DNA of 64,000 nucleotides from Blasia pusilla (lineage: Eukaryota), in assembly GCA_050084515.1 (NCBI GenBank), contig CM114271.1, positions 33,046,001 to 33,110,000 on the forward strand. Direction: 5' to 3'. This document shows, in pieces, positions 53,011 to 64,000 of the stretch. Numbering within the stretch: position 1 is the stretch's first letter; each line of letters starts with the position of its first letter. Below the pieces are notes generated by a model. The model did no database searches, was not told the origin of the DNA, and saw only the letters and a list, made by a program, of their open reading frames with translations. A program made the position numbers and the translations under genes.

Positions 53011-53337
53011 CATGGTTGTACCAAAACGAACAAGTTTGTCCCTAAGAAAGACATGGACGGATAAGTCTAGAATGTCCACGGACAAGGATTGCAAGAGTTG
53101 GGATCCACACTTACAATTCATGATAAACGACATGGTAAAGGTGAGTGAAGTAAAATGGGAAAGGGAGTGGAGGTGGAGGGAGAAAGAAACGGGAGAGTGT
53201 GGAAAACAAAGGTAAGTGGGAGAAATGAGAAAGAAGGGGAAGGTGGGCACCACATGGACAATCCTTCCATAGGGCAGACGGAAGTCCACGGACATGGACA
53301 TGTCCGTGAACATGGACTTTGTCCACATGCAATCTTG
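53011..53337 (-). mobile_element. hAT-type MITE, copy 3 (327 bp, intact ends)
   Basis: TIRs CATGGTTGTA...TGCAATCTTG. Perfect 8-bp TSD GTCAATTC (53003-53010 and 53338-53345). Homologous to 21826-22156. Confidence 0.9.
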
Positions 53338-53689
53338 GTCAATTCCACTACCCTTCCTAGTCTCATGAATAGCAAGTCTAGGTTCTAAATTTTGTAAGTC
53401 ACACCAAGGTCGGATTGAAGACTGAGTTATAGTCAAGCTCATCAGTCACACGAACTATTACACTTGGTAGGAAAGCTTAATCTTTGTTTGTTAGTTAAGC
53501 ATAATTATCTTGACTCAAAGGAAAATTTCCTTGCAATTTTAGTGTAAGAAAGTTCAATTAGTGAAGGAAAGTTGTGCAATTTGTTCTTTAAGTGCAAATT
53601 TTGATTAGTTCTTTAATATAATTAGTCAATTTTGGAAAATTTAAAGAAATTTGTGTGTAGGAATGGTCTATGCTTCAATTGAAGTAGTG

Positions 53690-54445
53690 AAGAGCATGAG
53701 ATTACGATTTGTAAGTATAATCATTTTTTTATGGCATATTTCTCAACAGAAATTATAAGCAAGAAGCTAGATAAATAGAATTACAATGTCTATAAGTTTT
53801 TTATGAAGTAGTTTCTCATCGATAAATAATTATAAGAGCTTGTTATAAGTATTGAGGCAAAACCAGAGGGTGACTCAAGAGACTTGAATATTTGCGTTTG
53901 GAAGAAATCCGCAAGGCAAGTAATTCACTATATTTCAATAACGATGCGTTCGCCAATGATAGGTCATATTCAAGATATTTCTTACTTGTGAAGAAGCCTT
54001 GGGATGTATTATAAAAGATGTTCGAGACATATACAAAGGCCAGAAAGCTTCAATTAAAACCACAATGAAACAAAGTGAGTAAAAGATTGCAAACCATTAA
54101 TGACTATGTTTTAAGTATCAGACTTATTATTGATCATTCGAATAATATTGGAATAACTATAGAAGACGATGATATAATTTTGTTCACTCTCCAAGGCCTT
54201 CCCATATATTACATGTATTTTGAGACTTTTATCTCTATGAGTGGGAGATATTCAACTTTTCAAGAGTTAGTACCACTAATTATTACTAAGAGATGTGCCT
54301 AGTTGGTACTACTAGCTCGCCTAATATGCAAGGGAGTGCCCTATTTGCAGGTAATGGATCAAATAGAGGAAGAGGTTATGAGAGAAGCTTTGATGGTCGT
54401 GATGGATATCAAGCATATGGAGGAATAGACACTCAATATAATTTC
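53690..54445 (+). mobile_element. Decayed Ty1/Copia gag
   Basis: INDYVLSIRLIIDHSNNIGITIEDDDIILFTLQGLP..TFQELVPL followed by an RG-rich stretch. Confidence 0.75.
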
Positions 54446-54769
54446 ACTCCATCAACTTTAAAATAGTGCCAAACACAATTATAACGTAATAATGGCGGCA
54501 ACAAGCCAGATCAAGGTCAACAACAAGAGATCCTTGAATTTCACAATTATTATTATGGGATAAAGAATCACTATGAAAAGTTTTGCTTGAAGAATAAGGT
54601 AGGTATAAGAAAGAGACTCTTACAAAAACTAAACTGTGAGGAATAACAACAACAAGTATAATATCAAGAACTACAAGTATGGATCTCAACCATAACCATA
54701 ACTAATAGTACGTAAACATACACAGCCCATGACCCAATCACTATTTGAAATCGACTGTAGTCTATTCAA

Positions 54770-56990
54770 CAGAGGTTATCAACATACAACACAATGATAA
54801 TCGTGTGGCCTTGTCCTCTTAAGACATATAGGGAGGAATCATAATCACAAACCCTTAAGCTAAGCTCTTCTAGGATATATGTAATCTTGCCATACCAAGC
54901 TCTTGGAGTTTGCTTGAGAATCTATACATATTTCGTTAACGTGCATACGGGGGATGGAAACTCTTGATGCTTGTATCCTAGTGGTTGAGCCATGTATATC
55001 TTCTCATGCAGATCTCCATTCAAGAAGGGATTCTTAATATCCATATGATGCAGTCTCCACTCGTTACTTATTGTAACTGCAACCAATATTCTCGTAGTTT
55101 CCATTTTGCAACGGAGCGAAACGTCTCTCATAATTTATGTCATATTATTATGCATAATATTCAGCTACCAATGTGGATTTGCATCTATTCAATGTATCAT
55201 CTTGATTGCACTTGACTTTATAAACCCATATGAAATCAATAGATTCCATACTAAAAGATATATCAACGAGCTCCAAAGTCTTTTTATATCTTAATATAGT
55301 CAGCTCTTGCTTCGTAGCTTCAATCCATTCGATCCTACATATAACTTCTTCAAAAAAGCTCAGTTCATATTCTTGAAGGATAATCATTACATATGGATGA
55401 TGTGTTGCAAGAAATCCTTCATTTATGAACCTATGCATGTGATGTGTGATTCTACTTGATCTACAAAGTTGTTGTTCAGATGTGGATTCCTTTGACTTTC
55501 AGCTTCAGCTCTAACTAGTGTCAACTGACTGAATACATATTTCTCCCAATCGTGGATTCATGGATTTAATTGAAATTTTGTAGACCTCTTCAAACTCTAT
55601 ACTAATACTTGGGAAATTAATAGGAAATGTCTGTTGGTTTATAGTCATATGCTTCCCTCCCCCTCACCAAACAAGTTTAGAGATAGAATAGACTCAAATG
55701 GATTTACATCTCTAGTCCTTTGAAAAACTGAGTTTTGTTCAAAAAGAATGGCAAAGCGTTAGACGTTTATGATATTTGCGGGTAATTGGTCACTTATCAG
55801 ACCCATAATCTGACATATCATAACTCAAACTCATAAAAACAACATTGTGACTAATAATAAGCTTCATAGAGAATTGAATGTAGTACTCATATCCCTTAGT
55901 TTCATCAATGTAGCCAATCTATCATCTATCTATCTATCTGCATTGATGAAATTTTTAATATAATTTCTGAAATTTTGTATAAGGAACATGAGCATAACAA
56001 ATATAATCAAAGATTCATAGGGATGCTATTTTGACGTAAGTCATTATCAAATTATGTTTAAAGTTACTCTCATCCAACATCACAAGGCACTTTAAGAATG
56101 AGTTTTTGAGTCTGCTTTTCTACCGTAATTTTGAATATCTTGAACATTAAGAATACTTTTAACTTGACTTTCACCAAGTATACCCATACATATCTAAATA
56201 AGTAAAAATAAATAAAATTAAATATCAGAAACTACTATGAATATGTTGTAATTTTGCCCACATATTACTATGAAGTAACTCCAATATCTGAAGTGATATT
56301 ATACCCTGCTTTAGAAATGGAAATCTACCTTTTTTCCCAAATTGGAAAATACAACACACCTCTAATATAGTGAGACTCGATAATTTGGAAGTCCTACTAC
56401 TAAATTAGATGATGACAGATAATGTAATTAATCTTTGAAGATTTATATATCAAATTCTTTTATGTTGGACATTGAGATCTATGACTCGTTGGCCAATTCC
56501 ACTATACATTGCTATTTGAATCTTTGGTATATAAACATCTAATTTGAACATTATACAAGATCTTGTTATTTTGGATATTATAGTCTGATCATCTATTGTT
56601 TCAATGAAATAATCATTTGTGTTAAACTTCAACTAATAACCCTATATTACTATAGTTCAAACAAGAATTAATTTTTTTGCAATGGTAGAAACATAGAGAA
56701 TATTTCCAAGAGCACAAAGACCATTTGATGCTATTAGAATTTCATCAATATTCGTAACATAATGTTGAGTATTATCTCCTATGTGCACTATTGTAGGACC
56801 TTTCATAAGCTCTATACTACTTAACCATTTAGCTTATGAAGTTATGTGATTTGATGCACCAAAGTCAGTGAACCACTCAGTTAACAAGTCTTTCTTGACC
56901 ATTGCTCCCATAAGATGATTTCAATATCCAAAGCAAGGGGATGAAGGAAGCTCACATGGTCCATTCAATCCTTTTGTAAGCATGAAACTA
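54770..56990 (-). mobile_element. Decayed Ty1/Copia pol (protease, integrase, RT), opposite in orientation to the adjacent gag
   Basis: EWFTDFGASNH (about 56850-56880), WVYKVK (55148-55438 ORF), WRLHHMDIKNPFLNGDLHEKIYMAQPLG (54922-55131) and VLYVDN (about 54780). Confidence 0.8.
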
Positions 56991-57329
56991 TTTCTTTAAA
57001 ATATGAGGTCGTTCATCTAATTTATCTATTGCAATATCAAGGATTTCAATTGCTAATTTATTTAAAAAATACTTATATCAACCAATAAAGTTGATTACAC
57101 TAGCATGTCAAAGCATATAATAAGACATCCAACCTTTGAAATGCCATAATATTGACATATCATCTCTCATATGCATGTGATAGTGCAATAAGAGGTGACC
57201 AAATCATCAAAGTCTTGGTTAAGGTATAGCCTCATGTACTTTCTTGGATTGGTTTGGAAGAGTTTGGAGGTGTTGGTGGATGTGGTTTTGATGCTAGTAC
57301 AATATTTCAATGATATTTTAATGTCAAAT

Positions 57330-57707
57330 AAATTTATCCTAAAGTTTTCAATTTATGCGTTTAGGGTTTGGTAGGAATTCAAGCTTAAAATATACTTTCC
57401 CGTTCACTCTTACCCCGGTGATATTCATAAGACGACATACATTTAGAAGTGATAGGATTTAGGGTTTGGGTGTAAAAGTCATGATTCCCTCGTGTTAGAG
57501 GGTGGTTATAGTTTGATATGTTGATGTAGATTCGAGAGTGAAATTGGCCGTGTGAGCCGTTTTTACTTGGATTTTGTTGTGTGGTCTTGATGTACATGCA
57601 TAACTCCATTTTATGTGTGTGTGGATCTACCTGTGTGTTAGGAAGATCGGTGTTGCGTAGATGTAATCACCGATGTGGAGTGTGAAATAACTTGTATGCG
57701 CATGACA
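57330..57707 (-). repeat. LTR fragment related to 23345-23970
   Basis: Minus strand begins TGTCATGCGCATACAAG and contains GGTAGATCCACA as in the 23.4-kb solo LTR. Distal end approximate. Confidence 0.6.
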
Positions 57708-60700
57708 AGTCAGTTAATGGGTTGAATACCCCAAAAATTGTTAATCCATTTTATTTCCCTATGAAATCATGGTTCGTGAAAACTACATGAATTTCTATAC
57801 TTAATGTGCAATTCCGTAATAACAATTTTCCCAAAGTGAAAAAGATATAACTAATGTGGTGGAGGTGGAATTTTCCCTTGGATGCAACGCTTGAGTATTT
57901 CTTAAGCACCACGAAATGGGAGCGTGGGTCAATATGGGTCTGGGTAGAGGGGGAGGGGAGCCCTTGCCTTCCCTGCCAGGCTTGTTCAATGGCAAACATG
58001 TGCCTCTTTCACATTTGTCAGAAAAGCGCAAGGTCCAACCCATTTTCAAGAGAGGAGCAAGGTACAAGCATATGAATGGAGATTACAAGATGGTTTATCG
58101 TGGGCAATACACATAAAAAATAATTATGGTATATGAGTAATTGTATCGCCTTGTCTCTTAGAAAATATTATTTTCTATCTACCATAATAAATTATGTAAA
58201 TAAAAAATTCCCTTATTATGCAAAAATAATTAGTATGAGTTTACATTTATTTAATATGATACACGCTAACTAAGATGACCCAAAAATTCATAGGTCCCAT
58301 TTAGTATGATATACTCTAATTAGGAAAATGAGTATAAGAATCTTGGTATGTAGGTCACGGTCAAGGCTCATTTAATTCTGTAGAGTAACATTTGTGAAGG
58401 CGACCCCTACAAGTAGACTACAATCGCCCTAAGGGCCATGCATCAGGACTTATTAGCCTAATTCCACTTCCTCAATGTGAAGGTCGCTCAATGTGCGGGA
58501 GAGTCCGTGGAGAAGGTGCTTAAATTGCGATTGTTTACCCTCATCGTGTTACTCCGTCACTAGTGTGTGGACTATTTGACTACTTGATGAACCCCTATCC
58601 CATTTCTATAAAAACTATAAAAATGATCAATCATAATAATAATATTTTTCATTTCAAAATTTAAATATAATTTGTATTTTTAAAGGAGTAATAACATTCC
58701 ACTCTTGTACGAAAATTTCAACAATATCTATTTCTCCCACCTAAATAACACACCACTTAAATTATATTTACACTTAAAAAAATCAGATATGAATTTAAAA
58801 ACATCATGACAATTAATTTTAATTCTGTGGTATTACACATGTATGATGTCTTGTATTTCTCACATTTCTTCTTTTATTAAAAAAAAAAAAGGAAAAAGAA
58901 AATCGTAAAGACCTTTAACGAACAGCACCGCCTAAGATGGAGCTATTCGCACGGGGCGTGGCACCTTCGCTACTAGAGCGGTGCGTAGGTGGGCGCGAAG
59001 CCCCAGTAACAGAACAGTGCCTAGAAAGCGCAGTGGGAAGTTGGGAACAGCCTCCACGATAAAGTCATTTGATCCGGATATGAGATGCGTTTATGAGCAT
59101 TTCAGGACCGCGAGAGGAGGAGGGAAAAAGGAAGTTTAAAGTTGTGTTTGCTAGCGGATTAAACTTCGGTGTCATTATGGAGTCTTGTGGTAGATCCGCT
59201 TTCCCACTTTGGAAGGCAAGCGATCGCGAGCACCTCAGCGAGTGTGAAATCATGAAGGGGATGCAAAGAGAGCAAGCCCTCGAAGCATCTAGTATTTATG
59301 CTGTCGAGAACTACCATCTCTGGGGAAGGAATGAGGCTATGAACATTTCACTCTCTCTAGCGAGAAGAAGATGGATTGCCCAACGTCAAGGGAGGAAGTG
59401 TTTTGGCAATAAAGCGTCCTCCTCCTATTCATTAGACCGATATCGGACTCTATGTAACAATAACAAAGAGAGGAGAAGATGGACTACCGAATTCCCAAGG
59501 AAAGATCGGTTGTCGTGCCTCCTAGAGAACATTCCTCCGTTGCTCCATTGACCCTTCGCTTGACCACACCTATGCCAATGCCCTAATCCCTCTAAGAAGG
59601 AATCGGAATCCGAGAAGAATATTCCAGGTGCATTTGGGCGGTGGGGCGTTCCGTTAGCGAAGAGGATCTGGAAGCCATTGAAGCCAAAAAATGGGAATAA
59701 TGTTCGAGTGTAGAAACGTAGCCCAGCCAATTAGGGCAGAATGGTATTTTTAATTGTGCTGCTAATCATGAGTTGGGTCCATTTCGTCGATAAAGACAGC
59801 TGTTGACGTCCAGATCCAGGGTTTCGCTGCACAGTGGCGTGTTCGCAGCGCACGGAATCGACGCGGAGGTGGATGAAGTACGCCCGTCTTCCGCCGGGTC
59901 TTCTTTCTCTCTTGGATGGACAAAGCTAACCTGAGTTAAATCCAACCCGGGGAGAAAAAGACGGCGCCAGTCGGGAAATAGTTGACCGGTGACGTTGACC
60001 GGTTTCACATCGTGCGCTTGGTTTGGCGAGTGAACCCGCCGACCGGGTAACGGTTCGCGGTAGAAGTTACGGTGGTATACCACTGCGCGGGTGATGTGGT
60101 CTTAGCACCTTTCCGTCCTGTAACAGGAGCCACGTGGACTGTGCCTCTACCCCGCCTGTAGATCTACGGTATACGGGTATCAAGGATATGTATCACCTCT
60201 ATTATTTGGAAAAGGCTACGCGAAGAATCGCGGCGGGGGGTCTCCACGCTGTCCACGAGCGAGGGTGCTCAACCTCACGTTATACCCCCCAGCCGGTTTA
60301 CTTTATACACTGGTCAAACACCGTCCTCGCCTCTGGCGTGACAATCGCCCCTCTCTAACTGTGAGAGGGAGACTTATCGAGTGATCATCCCGATAATAAT
60401 AATTTTAGATCCCAACAAGTATTCACCACGCTTTTATTAATTATGTTTCACAGTACGATATTCCGGTGAGTTAAACTTCAAAATTCATAATCAAAATTTG
60501 CGACACGGTTAATGCTCTCCATCACTCGGGGTCGTGATATATTCTTTGAGAATATTTATCGTAAAATTAGAAACAATGCGATTTGGCTGAATAATTGCGG
60601 GGATTTAGACAGTAATTTGCCGAGGAAGTTTCCCAAATATAGTACTAACAGTAGTAATTACTGTGTCACGAGACTTATCATCTAGAGACAGGGCGGTGCC

Positions 60701-61591
60701 ACAGGGAGAGGGTACATTTTGTTTTACCGTGGTTAGGCTCGGACTCCGAGGAGGTTTAACCCGCCGAGCTCGTAGATGCTGCACGCGTACACCGTGGTCG
60801 CTCGAAAGCCTGTCACCGGTGGCCGGTCGCGTCTCCAGAAGGTTCCGTCGAGCATCTGCACAGCGTACGCCAGGGCCGGGCGGACGTAAGCAACCGGCTA
60901 CAGACTTACCCTACCAGTTATTACTGCAGTGGAGTGTGGAGCGCAGTTGCGGTACCGGGTGGCACGAGGTTCGGAACTTCCCGTTAATCTCTTCCGCCTG
61001 GAGGACTGTAGCTGGGAATTCAAACGGAGGCGAGAGAGAACGTGGGGGTTGGGCGACAGACGGCCGTAGCGGTACATGGGCTGGCGGGAGAAAGCGTGCT
61101 GGAAGGACTTGGGAAAAGTCAGCGGGGCCAACCGGGACGGACGGCGAAGTGGGGTTAGGGTTGTAGCTATACGGGAGGTCCCGTGGTGGAAACGAAATGA
61201 CTGGGGGAACGCTCGCAGGATTTTGCCCGGGGGTCGACGAGCGAACCTGCGAGCGACGAGCGAGCGATGGTGTGTCGATGAGGAGAAGTGAAATGGGGGA
61301 AGAAGACCACATCTCGGCCGAGTGTAGTAGTAGTAGTGGTAGGAGGTAGGAAGAGGAGCGGAGAGGGAGGAGCGAGGGTAGGAGAGGAGGAGGAGGGGCG
61401 AGATGAGGAGGAGAAGAGGGCGAGAGAAATCGAAGAGGATGAAGAAGGAAGGGCCGAGGAGGGGGGAGGACGAGAGGAAGTAAGGAAAAGGCGGAAAGGG
61501 GGAGGGAGTGGTGCGAGACGCCACGGAGAAAGCGGGATGGTCTTTTGAGAATTTGGTGCTTGGAGGAGGAAGGGAGAGAGGGAGGAAGGAG

Positions 61592-62574
61592 ATGGCTGGA
61601 ACAGCCATTTCCTGCGCTTCTTCTCGACGATCTTCACGGCCCTCGTCGTCGGACAACACACCTGCCTCACCCCGGACCCCAATTTGTAAAGAGGAACGAC
61701 TGGATTTCACGGCCGAAGAGTGCTGCTGCGCCTCGCCTCCACTCTCGCCTTTCGCAACAGCCGTGGAGAAGGAGAGATCGTTGCGGGAACATGACGCGGC
61801 CTTGTCGCTTATCGAGAGGTTAGACGATGGATGGTTTCGGGATAATGTGGTCAGTTGCAGATGGGGGAGCTCCCGTCTAGCCTCTGTAGATGTTTCCGGA
61901 GTGCTCCGAGAGCCCTCAGGAATTCGTACTCCCGAGGCTGGATCCTCGACAGTGGACCAGGTCAAGCTCTCTCCGTTCAGGAGCATAGAAATGGTGAAGC
62001 CTTTGGTCACGTCTCGGAGCTTTTCTTCCGAAAGAGATGGCAGAGATCTCGGTGATCTCCCGCTGTCCAAGCTTTGGCCGCTCTCTCGGCGCAGCTGCTC
62101 TGTGAATGATGGCATCTCTCTCTCCGACGGCGAGCGTACGCATTACTTCAAGTCGCAGGAATCTGACGGTTTCCGTCGATTTGGAGAGCTGCGAAGTTGA
62201 GGTGAGCATGACTTTTCCACTATCACTACCACCACCACCACTCGGCACAGGTTGCATCCCGCTCGATGGTGTCCACTGCCACTAGATCAACATCCGTCCA
62301 AAGTGTCGGCACTCACAGAATGATGTCCACGTCTTCTCGCGCGTAATTCAAACTTATGAGATGTGTTCGCAAGAGTGAGCATTGCATAACTGGCTCTGCG
62401 TGATCTTTTGGGATGCAGCCCTCCAAGCTGAGTGTGAGGAGGAGAAGCAAGAGGGCAGACGAAGATGTGCCATCCAGGCGTTTCTCTGACGGCGACGAAA
62501 CCGCAGAGGATGTTAGGGCTCCTCTCCCAAAAGTTCGCGAGGAATCGGAGACAGATGAGAATCCTTCCAACAAG
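61592..62574 (+). CDS. 5' exons of a Ser/Arg-rich plant protein, possibly DUF1685-type; apparent frameshift in exon 1; gene probably continues past the window
   Basis: ATG 61592 after a GA-rich leader. MAGTAISC...LSLIERLDDGWFRDNVV resembles the L(D/E)xxWFxxN(I/L) N-terminal motif of plant DUF1685-type proteins. Donor GAG|GTGAGC at 62202. Exon 62419-62574 (GATGCAG|PSKLSVRRRSKR...ENPSNK|GTGAGC) is open in phase 0-0. Confidence 0.6.
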
Positions 62575-64000
62575 GTGAGCACTTCAGCGGACATTAAGCC
62601 TCTGGTCCGTCAGTTTCTTTCAAGAGAACGCTTAATTTGTGTGCTTCGTCTCTTAGGCGATTCATCTCTGTAGCAAAATTGGGCGGGGTCACATCTCCTG
62701 GTCACCAAAGTAGTTCCAGCTGCATCTGAGCTAGGAGCCCTTCTTCCTCAGCGTCAAGGCAATCTCCCTCCATGGAGCTCGAACGATTGACGCGGATTTT
62801 TTCCCGCCAAACTCCAATTCCGGAAACCACCCAGTTGACATGCTTGTGAAGCGCGACTCTTTCACTGCCGGCGGGTGAAAGGGCTATCCGTACAGCATGT
62901 TGTCTTCGAAACCAGGAGCGCGCCAACCTCTGAGGCTCGCGGTGATTTTAGAGCAGCTGATTTGATTGAAATGTACCACTGAACGTGGATCGCACGGGTA
63001 CAGCAGAATGATCACATGCTTCTGTCGGGGTCAGAGACTTACGGGGAGCTCACGCCGAAAGAAAGCAGGTGTCCCGTTTTAAGCACGGCTCACTGTGTCT
63101 CTGAGGGGGCATACCAATGGACACTGAGTAGATTTCCTGCTGTGTCGATCAGACTGTGGTGTGAAGGCGTCGTAGTCGAGGCCGGAAGCCCGTCGTTGCT
63201 GCCGGAAAGCTCTAACTCTACTCACAGCCGGATTAGAGGGAAGTAATTTGTTGCCTCATGCGGGTGGGATAGCTGGGCAGTTTGATTACAACTCATTTGT
63301 AAGGCTTGGGTGCGGATTATGAGGCGTAGCAGTACCGTCCATATGGGCGTTGTACGTGGAAGTGGATATTGCTATAACTGTTGAGGCTCATTCTGAGCTC
63401 AGACCGAGTCTTAGCCGATCCGGGCGGGCGGGATAGATGGTAGTTTTGCTAGATTCTGTGAACCGCGACAGATGTGTAGCTTTGGTGTGGATTTGGAATT
63501 GCTTGATGTGTAGGGAATCGAGCGTCTGAGTACGGTTTTTCGTGTGAGATTTTGGTCCTCTGCATTTATCCGACCTCAAGCGGCTAGACGGTCGGTCTTG
63601 CGAAGTTACCTCCCGTCACGGCCTTACCTTAGTCATCGTCATTTTCACGTCGACCTTTTTGGATCGGATTGCGTGGGTGCGCAACCGCTAGAGTATTTGG
63701 ACATCTTACCCTAGTGGTCCTCTTCCACCAAGATGTGCCATCTTCGGAGTTATTTCCGTCTGAGTAAGGTGGAAACTCCTGTATCTTCTGGCCATCTCCT
63801 CACGCGATCTCTTCTCAGCGAGGGAGAAGTAATATTCTAGCGAGGGCAGTCGTATGTGCACCGGAATTTCACCTCTTTCTGTGAGATTGCGTGTGGCAGT
63901 CTACAAACATCAAGGGATTTTCACAACGGGCGCATGCCATCCACTATGTTGACTCGCCGCCACGACATCTTCTTAGCTTCAGCAAGCTCTGAATGTTCCT

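Noticed and set aside
59093-59551. 152-aa + strand ORF upstream of the third gene
   Set aside because: No recognisable motif or splice support; a chance ORF in a GC-balanced upstream region cannot be excluded.
59832-60085. Possible hAT MITE with CAGTGG...CCACTG ends
   Set aside because: Only 6 bp of terminal match and no 8-bp TSD.
60898-62115. 405-aa minus-strand ORF, the longest in the window
   Set aside because: It is the antisense shadow of the + strand exon and its GA-rich leader, with low-complexity S/P/L/F content and no domain motifs. Splice signals favour the + strand.

Overview
Nuclear DNA of a land plant, most likely a non-seed plant such as a bryophyte (inferred from gene style and TE families; low confidence). 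Three spliced protein-coding genes are supported. (1) A 3-exon PKR1-like ER membrane protein gene (-, 6880-8533). (2) Nucleus-encoded plastid ribosomal protein S9 (-, 11365-12324, one intron). (3) The 5' part of a Ser/Arg-rich, possibly DUF1685-type gene (+, from 61592) whose first exon is frameshifted at a (TC)5 run. Most of 13-58 kb is nested, decayed transposable elements: Ty3/Gypsy and Ty1/Copia remnants, solo LTRs with 4-bp TSDs, a 4.9-kb CACTA element containing a tRNA-like segment, hAT-type MITEs with 8-bp TSDs, a CRE-like non-LTR retroelement and a probable mitochondrial insert. The most notable signal is a decayed DNA cytosine-5 methyltransferase domain (20560-21125) lying among retroelement sequence. 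RT/RNaseH and integrase remnants of a matching Gypsy lineage occur elsewhere in the window, so this is probably the fossil of a methyltransferase-carrying LTR retrotransposon. All family assignments are by eye from motifs; no searches were run.
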